Below are positions 11,800-25,720 of a DNA stretch of 64,000 bases, piece after piece (position 1 is the stretch's first letter; the number at the start of each line of letters is the position of its first letter). The notes below the pieces were generated by a model that was given only the letters and a program-made list of their open reading frames with translations, did not search any database and was not told where the DNA came from. This stretch comes from Flectonema sp. DT1601. Taxonomy: Eukaryota. Made by a program: the position numbers and the translations under genes. The stretch is from contig OZ025805.1 of assembly GCA_964019425.1 (NCBI GenBank), positions 496,001 to 560,000 of the forward strand, read 5' to 3'.

Positions 11800-14700
11800 T
11801 TTTGTTTCCCAAACTTATTTTACTGAGACAATATATGCTCAAAAAAAGGTTAATGCTCCACACAAAAAGTTGGGAGCGATCTTACTTGAAGAAAATGCCT
11901 TTTATTTGAGTCGCACTTACTAAGTTCGTAGCATTGATCATCAGTCATCCGAGAGAAAAAAAATTTATTTTTATCAAAATGCGATTTAATGGGAGAGAGA
12001 GAGAGAGAGAGAGGACTCGTTGTTATAAAAAAAAAAAAGGTACATCACTCAGGCTATTCCGAAGAAGGTCTTTGGCAATGGTTTTTTTTTTTTTTTTTTT
12101 TTTTTTTTCTTTTCACAAATATCTTGCGTTTGTTCTTGACAAAAAAAAACCCAATTTTTTTTTCCTTTTTTTTTTTTTTCTTTTTTTTTTTAAAAAGATG
12201 GCGAGAGAGAGAGATTTTAGTGTCCGAGAATAAGAAAAAAAAAAAAAGCTGGACAACAAGCACTGTAGGTGACCCATGTGTGAATATCCCCACAAATCGA
12301 AAAAAAAAAAAGGACTAGAGGGTTGCAAGTTAAATTCCGCAGGGCAATTTCTTTTTCCTTTCCTTTCTTTTTTTTTTTTTTTTTAAATATAAGAAAAGAA
12401 CGTTTCTGGCAGCATATGCAAATCTCTTCTGGATCACAGCCTGACTGGATAACGGTTTCAGTGCAGTCAATTTCTTTTGTTGTTGTTGTTTTTATTTTTT
12501 CAGGTTTTGGTTTTCGCAAACGAAACAAACCGAAAATGAAAAAAAAAAAACCTCAAAAAAAAAAAAAAAACATCTTATTTTCTCTTAAAGACCCCTTTTT
12601 TTTTGAAGTCTGCTTTTTTTTTTCGCAAACAAATAAGAAAAAAAAAAAAAGAATGAAAATAAAAAGTGTTTTTGACAACATCAGTCAGAGTTGTCACACG
12701 CGAGAAAGAAATAAAAATAAAAATAAAAAAGAAATAAAAAAAGGAGCAGCTTTATGATAGTTGCTCTCACTCAGCAGATTTGGTGCGAGCTTTCCGCACT
12801 GATTACGTTTTTGGAAACTTTTTTTTTTTTTTTTTTTCTTGGCAATTGGCAATGCCGTTGCCTTTGCTCAACGAAAAAAGGGGGGAAAAGAAATAAGGGG
12901 GCCGTTTCCTCCCTTTTTTTTCCCCCTTTTTTTTTTTTTTTTTCTTTTTTTCTTCAGTCTCTAAAAACCCTAAAAAAAAATAAATCAAACGGTTTTTTTT
13001 TTTTTTTTTTTTAAAAGGATGTTTTTTTTGTGAGATCGCCGTTAAAAAAAAAAAAAAAAAAAAAAAAAAAGCAAAAAAAAAAAATAAAAATAAAAATAAA
13101 AAGCAAATAAACGGTCAACTGAGTTGAGGACATTGACGTCGATGTTTTAATCTGCTGAATCAACGATGGCTTACCATTGCGGTGTTGCATTGACTTCGAC
13201 ATCTTTACTTTCTCCCTGCTCACAGTAGCAGGCCTGCTCAGGTTTTTTTTTTGCAGCCGAGTCTTGTCTGTAAAAGGTATGTTGAAAGAAAAGCACATTG
13301 TGTATGGAAACAGCAGATTGCGTACAAAGAACAAAAAAAAAAAAAAAAAAAAGAAGTGTGATGCACCTGTAGTTGTTTTTAGCTCTATTGGTGAGAGTTC
13401 CCTCCCTTTCCGTGACCAACTCAAGAAAACTACTCAGGCCGTACTGAAGGAACGGCCTTCGGCAACGGTTTTCCCCCATCCCAATGATTTAACAATTACA
13501 GTATCAAGTTACATCCCCCTCTCCTGATCACTTTTTCTTTCTTTTTTTTTCCCCCTACAACGTAACAAGTAGGCTCGGAAAAACAAGGGAAAAAAAATAA
13601 TTCAAAAAAAAAAGAAAAAAAAAGAAGAACGCGAACTGTCTTTTTGCCCACATAAAAAGAAATGAAAAAAAAGGGGGAGAGAACGTTTGGTATTAAAACA
13701 AAAATTAATATCAAAAGTACTTGATTGAAAAAAGTATTTGTAGTTGTTAATCAAAAAAGAAAAGGTAACGTTTGTTAAAGGTAAAGTTGTTTGTAAGACA
13801 ACAAGACAACAAGACAAAAAAAAAAAAAAAAAAAAAGAAATTGCGCGTTTTTTTTTTAACAATCAACGCACATATTTCTTTTTTTCTTCTTATTACCTTT
13901 GCTCAAATAAAAGGAATGAAGAAAAAAAAACGGAAAGGACGCCGCCTTCAAACGCCGACGGGGAAAAAGAAATGTTGGCGTTTGGAGACTGCAATGGAGG
14001 GATCAAAAGTGTACAAGAGCAACACCAATTTTTTCATTTTATTCAGTGTTTTTCCTCTTTTTCTTTAAGAGAGGGGGAAAAAAAAAAAAAAAAAAAAACC
14101 AAGGAATAATTACTTTCGAATCGGGTAAAAAAAAATTAAATTATTTTTTTTTTCTCTGTGCGTTGCTGGTTTTTGCAAGGTAGCTTGCATGCAATTTTTT
14201 TTTTTTTTTTTTTTTAAATCCACGTGCCTCTGACTCGTGGATTACCTATACGAATGTTATTCTTCTGTTGATGTACGACTTTAAGGCAAACTTCCCAGTT
14301 TAACCAATCGTGTTAACCAATGTTGGTCGGTGGTGTAGCTGTGAAATAGAAACATAATAATAATAATAAGATTGAAAATTTCATATGAAAAAAAAATTTC
14401 ATAACACACCCTCACTAAGGTTAAGTTAATCCCATCCGGTTTTTTTAATATAAAAAGTTATTTAAGTACACACACCCCCCATTCTGAATAACAAGAAAAT
14501 TGAACCAACACTGTTGGTATGTTATGTTTTTTTTTTTTTTTCCCCTCTTTTTTTTTTTTCTTTCTTTTTCTCACCCTTTCCTTCCATGTTTGTTATTCAG
14601 TAGAAGTCCATAATTTGAGCTTTTTTGTCAGTCGTCACCTACCTCTGGGAGATAGTTTTATTAGAGAGCAGTACTTGAATGCTGCCGTGAAGTTTTCAAC

Positions 14701-15028
14701 GTGTGAAGAATATGCGAGTGAGCTCCACCTCAGATGAAAGCAAAGAGTCACTCAAACATACTACTAAAGGGAGTCTGTCGGCTGACCAGACAACACACAC
14801 AACTCCCGGGTCTTTAATTTTTCTGTACAATTACCTATGAATTGGTTGAAGTCATGCATTCAAGTCGAACTCACTTGTAAAAGAGACTGATTACGTCGTT
14901 CGCCAAGCTCAACGGTCTTTCGACCAGATTCAGATAGGATACAAGATTGAAACATATTTTTATGTTACCATAATTTTTTCTATACTATTTACAGTGAAAA
15001 AAGAATACTAAAAAAAAAAAAAAAAAAA

Positions 15029-15208
15029 GATAAGATAAGATAAGATAAGATAAGATAAGATAAGATAAGATAAGATAAGATAAGATAAGATAAGATAAGA
15101 TAAGATAAGATAAGATAAGATAAGATAAGATAAGATAAGATAAGATAAGATAAGATAAGATAAGATAAGATAAGATAAGATAAGATAAGATAAGATAAGA
15201 TAAGATAA
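15029..15208. repeat. (GATAA)36 microsatellite
   Basis: Perfect pentanucleotide run directly following a poly-A tract. Confidence 0.97.
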
Positions 15209-15961
15209 GGTTGGTAGAAATTTTTTTTTTTTTGCGGGTTTTTCCTTTTTATGTTTTTTCTTTTTTTATTACTCTATTGCTTGCTAATTTTTTTTTTTTT
15301 TTTTTTTTGCAGCAAATCTAATATATCAATTGGAAAAGAGTTACAACCTTCAGTGGATATCACAACGACGTTCGTGGTTCCCAACACGTTCTTATAAGCC
15401 TCACTGTTAACCCTTTTTTTTCTTCTCAAAAACTTGAAACTGCTGCATACCACTCACTGCTGTTGTAGTGAAGTATGTGGAGAAAATTTGAGTTCTCTCT
15501 TTGGTTGATCGACAATGACCCTTTTGACCTTTGACTTGACGCAAATGGCACCAAAAGAAGAAAGGGAAAATAGAAAAAAAGAAAAAAAAAAAGAAAAAAA
15601 AAAGAAAAAAAAAAGGGATTACCGCAATTCAGTTCAGGTTAAAATCCTTTACATGCCACCACTGTTGTGGTGAGGTAAGTTTTGGAGTGATTTGAACGAC
15701 CTTTTTTTTTTTTTTTTTTTGTTGTTGTTGTTGTTGTTCATTTATTTTATTATAGACAACCTAACAAAACAGTCGAGTTATATTTTTTTGAGTACTTTCA
15801 TGTGCTTCTTCTTTTTTTTTTTTTTCCTTCTTGCACCCTATTTTTTTTTGCATTCCTTACTTAATAGGAATGTTATATTTCAACTACCCTCGGATACGTG
15901 TAATCATCAGAGGGAACGTAGCCGTATTTCTTTTTTTTTTTATCTATTTTCTCATGGACTG

Positions 15962-15995
<34 letters not shown>

Positions 15996-16152
15996 ATTTC
16001 TCTCCGTTAACCTGATCTCTCAGCGTTCCATACATGGAGGACTGACTGCTGACACCATACAAAAAAAAAAAAAAAAAAAAAAAAAAGAAGAAAGCAAAAA
16101 TAAAAAAAACAAAACAAAAATTTAAAAGCTTTCCCCAATTTTTTTTTTTTTT

Positions 16153-16188
<36 letters not shown>

Positions 16189-17253
16189 AATTGTAAATTT
16201 ATCGTCATGGCAGTAATTAAAAACGCTGTTTGTTTGTTATCGAAATTTTCTGAATTCCCTGACTTCCGATATATTATAATAAAAAATAATTATTTTTCAG
16301 TTTGTCGCCTAACTACCTACCTACTTCACTAACGGTGTGCTTTTTTTTTGAGAAATAAAGAACCCCTTTAAGGTCTAATCACAAGAAGGGCGTATCAATG
16401 TACCCCCAGGGGGAGGGAATTTAACAACTTCTTTGCCCTTGAAAAATGCTGTAGGGGATAGAAATAAAGAAAGGAAAGAAAGGGGAAAAAAAAACGAATA
16501 ATAAAAAAAAAAAAAACACCACACCGCTTTCCCTTGATTGTTCTTTTCTGTTTTGCAATTTACAGTACGGAAACTGATTTCCTGACTCATGCATATTTTT
16601 TTCCTTTCTTTTTTTTTTTTTTTTTTTTTTTTTTTTGTAACCGGTTCTCTCGACTCCCTTTTGCTCCATTTTGTTAATTTCATTATTTCCTTCTCAGCCC
16701 CATTAGTTTGTTCGTGTCGAAAAATGTTATCGGATTAAAAAAAATAATTTTATACTCCAACAAAAGGGTACACTTGTCTGATTATATTTTCGATAACTTC
16801 TGTTTAAGTATGCTGATGTCGTTTTTTTTTTTTCCTTTTTTTTTCTCTCAAGCGTTCTGTTGGTTTTTATTTAGGGGGTTGAAGTGTTTGCTTTGTTTTT
16901 CTCTCTTCAACATGAGTATCTAGTTACCTTTTTGTACTCTAACATATTCAACATGGGTGCAACATGATTTTTTTTTTTTAAAAAAAAATGAAAGAAGGCA
17001 AAAAAAAGAATGAAAAAAAAAAGGGGGGGGAAATAGTCTCGTGAGGAGGATCCGCGAGAATTTCAATTTTTTTTTTTTTTTTTTTGATGTATTTATTTTT
17101 GGGTTGCATTTTTGTAGCTTTCCATTCAACACCCACCCAGTTGCGATCACTGGTTCTACTCAGCGGTTGGTCGAAGAAGATGTGAATCGAACCTTCGTCC
17201 CGACTAGCTTTTTCTTCTTTTTTTTTTCCCCACGCATATTAAAAAACACAAAA

Positions 17254-17296
<43 letters not shown>

Positions 17297-20200
17297 AAAA
17301 AAAAAAAACAAAAAAAAAAAAAAATATAAAAAAATTTGCCTAAGTTCTATCATAATGTATCAAGTTAGTGTGTTGTAGTTCTGTGGACGTGTCTAACCAC
17401 ACGCATTGAAATCTTTGTGGGCGAGGCTTTCACAAAATGAAATAATTATTATTGTTAGTGTATGATGGCCTATTATTCAAAGAGAGAAGAAGTCTCCTCT
17501 CTTAACACGTCTTTCCTTACTTTTTTATTTTTTCTTTTTCTTTTTGCCTGCTGTGACATAATGGCTCTATTTTCGTAGTTGAATTTTTTTTTTCTTAGTT
17601 ACCACCTCTGAATCCTTGTCTTTTTTTTTTTTTTTTTTTCTTTTTTTCCTTTTTTGCTTTTTTCAACGAGGAAATCCAATCAAAAAGTCACGTGTACCTA
17701 CGAAAGTAGTGCCCACAAAACATGTGCTTCTTCTGTAGAACCGATTGGCTGAGGGTGTAGCAAGATACTGTTTTTCAATTTTTTCCCCTCTCTTGTGAAA
17801 ATTACAAAAAACAAAAAAAAAAATTAAAAAATTAAAAATTAAGATAAGGATTCGGTTGGCGGTGAAACGTCGTCATATGGCAAAACTTATTTCGTGAAAC
17901 ACATAAATTCTTGCGGTGAGAATCTTTTTTTTTTTCCGTCAAGCTGAAACTACAGAGTTATGCCTGCAGGAAGCACATACATTCTTAACCGGAGTACGGT
18001 TTTTTCGGCATAAGGGGAAAACCTTTTTTTTGCACCGACGATGTCGGAGAAGAAACTATTCAGATTAAGAGCCTTGTGCCGTCTATATTGCTCTCTCTGG
18101 GATTTAACTGAAATGTGAAGGCTTTATCTGAATGGTTTTGGATCATATTTCGTTAAATAAATTTTTTTTTCTTTTTTTTTTTTCTTAAGGTTATTTTGTG
18201 ACAGATTACCGCAAGACATGTGTGCGATTGAAGGCCATGATGATATCCCTTTCAATCAAAAGAGGGTGTCCAGAAAAAAAGTGAACAAACGAAAGAAAAC
18301 GAAAACAACTTTTCCAGCAAGGCTTTTATTTGTTTTTTTTTTTTTTTTAATCTTTGCGCAAACAAAACCCAGAAACTCCTTTTTTTTTTATATCTTTAAT
18401 AAAGTTTATTTTTTTTTTAATTATTTTTTTTTTTTGTTTTTTTTACAGCAGTTGCTTCGCCGGTCAATTTTACGCCTCTTAGCACCTACCGAATGGTACA
18501 CCGCGTGAGCTTCCTGGGAAGATTGACTTCGCCCTGACTTCGATAAATAAATAATGGTTTTTTTTTTTCTTGTTCCTTTTTTTTTAAATTGGGAACGGGG
18601 GGGGGGGGGAGATGATTGTGGAGAACACAATGTTGAATGAGGAAGAAGGAAGAAAGGAAAAAAAAAAAAGAAAAATTCAAGAAAAAAAAAATAAAATAAA
18701 GAAGGGGTTTATGTGTTTGAAAAAAGCGAAGGAACAACATATTAGCTTAAAGGTTGATTTCGTGAGGACAACCCTCTCCCGCTCCCTTAGACTGCCCCAC
18801 ATATTTGACCCCCCAGACCACTCACTTTCCTAAAACCGCGAAATATTCAAAAAAAAAAAAAAAAAATAAGGGAAAACCCACAAGTCCACAAAAGTTGGGA
18901 ATTTTTTTTTTTTATTTATTTATATAGTATGTCATACTTATTTTATTTATTTTATTTTTTTGTGTTCCTTTTTTATTTTTTTTTTATTTTTTTTTGTCCT
19001 TGTACCTTTTGTTACTACTATTTGTTTGGGAACTGCGCTCACTGCGTGGTGACACAGTTCACATTTTTTTAAAGAGAGGGAACACAGCAAGTAGAGAGAA
19101 AAAAAAAAAATAAATAAATAAATAAAAAAAAACAACAAAATTTCACGATTATTATTTTAAAGCATTTTTTTTTAATTGCAACTAACAATTGTTTAAATAG
19201 AATAAAATAAAATAAGAATTCAATTTTTTCTTTCTTTTTCTTTTTCTTTTTTTCTCTTCTCGATTTTTAAAATGGTATGTACAGAAGTAATGACTGGTGT
19301 ACTGCTTCACCGATGATGAGAATAGAGGTAAAGAGGTAACTTGGTAGTTCACTTTCACAAAGACCATACAGAACAGTTTGTATTTGCAAAATCAAACAAC
19401 GACAATTTCCTTTCTTTGATGTTTTACAGTTTGTTCCTCTGCATTGAGTCGCCCCTCTCACGTACTTCACTTGGATTTTTTAATATTTTTATTCATTTAT
19501 TTTTTTTTGGGATGATTGTTTTTTTTTTTTTTTTTTTTTTTTTTGTTATTTAAAAATGATCTCGACTGATATCTCTGGGGGGGGAGAAATCAGTCGGCTG
19601 CTGTGACGACGTTCCTATTTGGTCGGCTGTTGATGATTTTTTTTTTTTTTTAATATTTCTTTTGGCGAAAATTGACATTATCAGCCTCCTCTGTCGCCAC
19701 ATCTTGGAAGCCCTGGAGTTTTGATCTCTTTGACTCCTTTGATGCATCTACCGATGCCTTCGTGTTTATTCTTGCTTTTTTTTTTTTAATTTTTTTTTTT
19801 TATCATCTTAATTTACAGGCAGTTTGCTTCCAGTTTCCTGGGGGAAAAAAAAGAAAAGGGAAAAAAAATGCTACTCACATAAAAAAGTAGTCAACAAGAA
19901 CATGTTTTTTTTTTTTTTTTTTGTTATTTTATTGCTGCGGTTGAAGAAAATTGGAGAAAAGTCTTAAGAAAAGCAGTAGTAGGACTTTTAAAAAAAGAAT
20001 CGGCAAACTTCAGTTTTTTACTTACTCACTTCACAATTTTATTTTGTTTTGTGCGCAACCAGGTAGAAAATCCTAATAAAGGAAATAGTTAGTTTCCGCT
20101 GACAACAATTCTCTTTTCTGCCGAACGTCCAAAAAAAAAAAAATAAAAAAAAATAGGGGTTTGGTTTTTTCATCAAAATTGAAATTATTATGTTCTTCAA

Positions 20201-21108
20201 TTGCACGCAGGACCCAGCAGGTCATAATACCTGAATAGGTCAAAAAAAAAAAAAAAAAAAAAGTAAATGCAAAGTGCTTAATTTTTCACGTTTTATATAT
20301 TTTCTTATTTTTTTTTTCAAAAAAAAATAAATATTTGAAATTTAAACAGCTGAAACGGACTGTAGGACGCTCAACCTGTAGTACGTGGCACTCGACAACA
20401 CGCGTATTAGATTTTATCGATGACCACCTGTTGGTGTCTTTTTACATGGCAATCAAACCCTATTTTGGTTAATATTCTTACAGTAATTATGTTTGCCACC
20501 TATTTACTTGCATTCAGTCTTCCTGTTCTGTAATTTCCAACACTTTTTTTTAGATTCTTTCAGCTGTTCTGACTTACTCTCAAGTAAGAAAAAAAAAAAA
20601 AAAGGGGGGGATCTATCTGTGATTAGCTAACTCGTGTTTAAAAAAAAAAGGTTAAAAAATAACCAAAGCGAGTAACTTCAAAACAAAAACAGGAAAAGAA
20701 TAAAGAAAACAAATGATCCATCCCTTTTTTTGCTCCTTTTCGTATTGCGTTACCATGTGCACGTTTGTGATATTCGCACTAAAACGCTACCCGTCTTGAA
20801 AACACGTACCAGACAGTTCTTATCTTCACACTATCTTGGTAATTCTCACAGGTTAAGTGTTCATCGTTTCTTGGGCAAGAGCAGTCCTGTAACTTTTTTT
20901 TTTTTTTTTTTTGTTCTGAAGTCGGCATTAATCGGGGAGTCTCTCTCTGATCTTTGGTTACCTTGGTGAACTTTTGCTAAATATTTAAAAAAAATGAAGA
21001 AAAAAAAACAAATAATGTTTATCTGTAGTGGTGTTCTATTGTTGACTACTAAGAAAAAAGAGAGGTGATTCCCGCGTGATGGTCACTCGCGAAAAGTCCT
21101 TAAAATAT

Positions 21109-21148
<40 letters not shown>

Positions 21149-21853
21149 CAGGTGACTGGAGCAACTGCCCAGTTGGTTACTATACAAAATCGTATTTTTT
21201 ATAATTTCTTTATTTTTTTTTTTAAATAATATCGTTTTTTTTTTTTTTTTTTTTTTTTTTCCTGCTAAAAATATTTCAACCCTGTTATGAACTACAGTCA
21301 TCTAAAAGAGTAAAGAAACTAACTGCGATGAGTAGGACGGGCCTGACACTGCAGTATCCACCTTACTTTCTTCACAGAAGAAGGCTAAGTAAGATATGGT
21401 CTGAAAAACCAAACTATTATTTTGTTTGATGTCCTTTCTATAATTTGCTTTTTGTTTGGCTTGCTATTTATAGATTATTCCTAGCTACTAAACTGTTTTT
21501 AGGAACATATATCTGCGGAAGCTTTTTTTTTCTACTTTCTCTGATGTTTTTATTTAAAAAAAGGAACATTTGAGAGCCGTAGGAAGTATAGTGAGAAGGA
21601 AAAAAAAAAAAAAAAAAAAAAAAAAAGAAATTACTTTTTTTTTATCTTGTGTGTGTAATCTCAATTTAGAACAGCTGCCTCAAAAACAAAAGGGTCTCTG
21701 AGGGTCTGAAAAAGTTATATTTAAAAAAGTTTTTTTTTTTTTTTTTTTTTTTTTTTTGACTATTAGGTACCCGCCGTTCATGTTATTTATTTTTCCAATA
21801 ACAGTTCAACGACATCATTTTGGGTATTGATTGCCTTCAGAATTGTGAATTCA

Positions 21854-21887
<34 letters not shown>

Positions 21888-22053
21888 TTTCTAATTTCTA
21901 AAAAGTATCTATTCTCTCATTTCAGTCAACACTCACAACAACATTGCAATTAAAGGAATGAAACTACGAATTCCAGGGGAGGTCATAGTTAAACGTAATG
22001 TATTATTTCATATCTTCACACTTCTTATCCAGTTCATCGGTTCGAATAATAAA

Positions 22054-24599
22054 ATGTCTGAAGATGAACCGGAGGAGGTTGTAAAAGTGATGTATCCAAA
22101 AACTGGCAAAAGAAATAATTCTCCTTCCCCGACACCAAGCGATGAGTACAATCCGGAGAAGGTGACTCCAGTACCGGCAGTAAAGCCTCCTGCAGGAGGT
22201 CCTGCGGGAGGTCCAGGATATGGAAATGCAGCACCTCCTCCTCCTCCTTATCATGGATACCATGCATATTCAGGTAGTGTTCCTACACAGCAGAAGGCGT
22301 GGGCGGATTACTATGCGCGCTATGGAGAATATTATAAACAATACTACGCTGCGACAACAACTGCTACTGCTGCTGCTGCTGGAGGATACTACCCTGGGTA
22401 TGGTCACCCTCCTGGGGCTATGCCGACTGCCTCAGCAGCTCCGCCACCTACTCCAGCAGCACCTCCAACTGGAGGAGTTGCGAGAAAGTTGGGAGATGCT
22501 GAGCCACGTGCTGGTAGCTCTCCTCAAGACTCTCCTGGTCAGAGTTATGTACCGCAACCTATAACTGTTTCTCCTTTGAAATCTTATCAAAGTACTGCAC
22601 CTGCGTATACCAGCACAGCTCCTCCAAATCCGAAGATACCAAATGCTTCTCTAACTCCAGCATACTCTGCGTACACTCCAACTCAATTAAGACCTTCTCA
22701 ACCTACAAGACAGCATCCTCGAGTTGTCCCTCAAGTCTCAAGAGATCCAAATCAAGTAAAGTTCTTAGTAACAGAATGGGTGACGAAGTGTATTGATCTC
22801 GCGAAGAACAAACCTCCAGCAGTCAGAACTGCTGTTGAGAATGCAGTTCGTAAAGAGATGCCTCCTCAATCACATTGGGGTCGAATCGATTGGATTAATA
22901 AATTAATACCTGAGAGCGTTCTAAGAGCTGTCGCGTCAGACGGTAAAGACCAACGACGCAGGAGGAGGTACAGCAGTGATAGTTCTAAACAACGTAATAG
23001 AGGAAGGAGATATCGAAGACAAACCTCATCATCATCATCACTTGATGAACGAAAGCAAAAGCGAAAACCTGCAGTCAGCGGTACCCCGACATACTTTGGA
23101 CAGGTAACAGGAGGAGGATCACCTCCAAAGGGGAGAGAGTTCAATGCGAAGCAACCTCGTGATAATCTGACTCAACTACCAAGCCTTCGAGATGTCAGAA
23201 ATGCGAAAGAAAAGAGAAAGCGACGAGCTTCTTCTTCTTCTTCTTCCTCCTCTTCCTCCTCAGATTCGATTGTTGTCCGTCGTACTCAAAGAGGAGTTAT
23301 TAATATTGACATCCCTCAACCCAATTCATACGCTCATCATACTGCTCTCGCAATAGAGAGATCTCGAACAAAGGATAAGAAACTTCAGAAACAATCAAAG
23401 CTGCAGTCTCAGTTCAGCAGTCTCGATAATCTCGGTAAGCGTGAAGACCGGTTGGCTCGCTTTGAAAGGGCTGGTGGTAAGAAAACATTCCAAAAACCAA
23501 CAAACTTAACGATGACGAGTAATTTATCCGGGGGACTTGGAATGGGTAAATCTGGAAATGAATTTGCCGAAGATGAGTGCGCTCCGATAATTGGAATTTG
23601 TGAAGACTTGGAAAAGACGTTTACCAGATCTGCCGCAGGTCTTGAACACGATCCTCGAGATGTTCGTCCAGAGCATGTTCTTAGAAAGTCACTACAACAC
23701 ATCTGTCGTGTGAGGCTTCAGAAGGAAGGTGATGATCAAAGGATTTACTGCTATGAGCAATTTAAGAGTCTTCGTCAAGATCTAACTGTTCAACACATCT
23801 ACACGTCTTTTACTACCGAAGTGTACGAAACTCATGCGAGACTTTGTCTTGAACACGGGGATTTAGGAGAATTCAACGCCTGCCAAGCAAAACTTCGTGC
23901 CTACCACAAACGAAACGACATGATTGTTTCTGCTTCTAACGTTAGAGAGTTCACAGCTTATCGAATATTGTATTGTGCTCTTACTAAGTCACACGCTGAT
24001 CTTTCTGCTGAGATGGAGAATTTATCTGCCGTAGATCGTAAAGATGATGTAATAAGACACGCTCTATCAATCATTACGGCCTTAACACCTCTGAATACTT
24101 ACTTATTGGATAAGTTATATAATAATGCTCCTAACTTGGGGGCTATGCTTATTGATTTGTTCTTACCTCCACCGAGGGGTTTGAGGATGCAGGTATGGAA
24201 TCTTTTTTTTTTTTTTGAAAAAAAAACACAAAAACACAAAAAAAAATGAAAAAGGACAAAAAGAGTAGTTTCCATTTTATCTTCCCGGAAAAAAAAAAAA
24301 AAAAAAAAAAAAAACAGATGTACATACAGTTATTAAAGGCTTACCGACCTGGTATCCCTTTCAAATTTTTAAAGCAATCGCTGTTGTTTACTGAAGAGGA
24401 TAACCCTGATGAACAAATCTCTGATAAGTCTCCTGATCCTTCAACCTTCAGAGGATTTCTTGCATACGCAAAAGCAGTAATAAAAGGAGATTCCATTGAC
24501 ACTGTGCAATCCTTAGCAGGATTTAGCGTGGTACAAGCATATCTTGATGAGAGACAAGATTTTAATGGACAGTCTCCATCTCCAACTCCAACTGTTTGA
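22054..24599 (+). CDS. SAC3/GANP/THP3-family (LENG8-like) protein; exons 22054-24192 and 24318-24599
   Basis: Motifs IIGICEDLEK, DVRPEHVLRKSL, EQFKSLRQDLTVQ, VYETHARLCLEHGDLGEFNACQ and EFTAYRILY. An in-frame GT-AG intron at 24193-24317 leads to ...LLKAYRP. Confidence 0.9.
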
Positions 24600-24987
24600 G
24601 AGATGATATTTTAAGTAGTAATTGGATGACAAAAAAATATAAAAAAAAGAAGTCAAATGTTTTTTATCACTGCTGCTCTCTGCGTGTTGCTTCACCAGCC
24701 GTGTGTACACAAAAAAAAAAGAGTAGTGACTTTGGAATAATCAACAACAAAAAAAAAAAAAAAAAAAAAAAAAAAGCTGTATTCTGTTCAGTTCTTTGTT
24801 TTCTTTTTTTTTTTTTTTTTTTTTAGTTGATTCGTGTCGACAAAACGAGATCTCGACCCTTCAGTAGGGGACCTCGTTGCTTAGGTCTTAGGCGTTCTAC
24901 ACGTCTTTTTTTCAAAAATGTTAGTTAACCTCGTGGATCATTAAATCAGTTACTTTTTCCCCTGTTTTTCAACATAAATATGATTCC

Positions 24988-25021
<34 letters not shown>

Positions 25022-25720
25022 GTGTTGATGCCCGATTGGGGCATCGATTTAACAAAAAGAGAGGGGGATGGATTTAGAAAAACCCCACTTTTAACTACCA
25101 CAAGCAAAAAAAAAAAACCTTTTTTTGTGGACAGGTTTCTTAATCATAATAATTAAAAAAAAAGACGGGAAAAAAAAAAAAAAGTTTTTGTCAAAAGGAG
25201 CAAACATGACAAAAAGGAGAGTGCCGTTCAGCATGTTTCATACGTTTTTAATTTTAAAAAAAAAAAAAAAAAAAAATTAACTTATGTTTATCTGAACAGA
25301 TTACACATCCCCTTTCCCCCATCAAACGATGGCCGGCAATGCCGTGAAAGTAAAAACGATAAACGGAAAATTAGTAGCTGAACACATGGCAAACAGAGAA
25401 GGAACGAACACCGCAACGATTGTACGAAATAAAAATATAAATCAAATTGAGAGGCAGGGATTACGACAATGGGAAGTAAATCCTTTTCGGATCGATGCCG
25501 TTGGATGGTCGCCATGAAAAGGAACAAACTAACTAAATGACAACCAACAACGTTGAGGTTACCTCTCTTAACTGCTGTATAGCTGTTAACCCGATGTGTC
25601 TTTTTCAATGTAAAGAAAAAGAGTCAAAAAAAAAGACAGGTACACTGACAACCACAACATCACCACCACTCAACAAACACTACCTTAACCCACCTCTTCA
25701 CAGAACACACAATATTAATT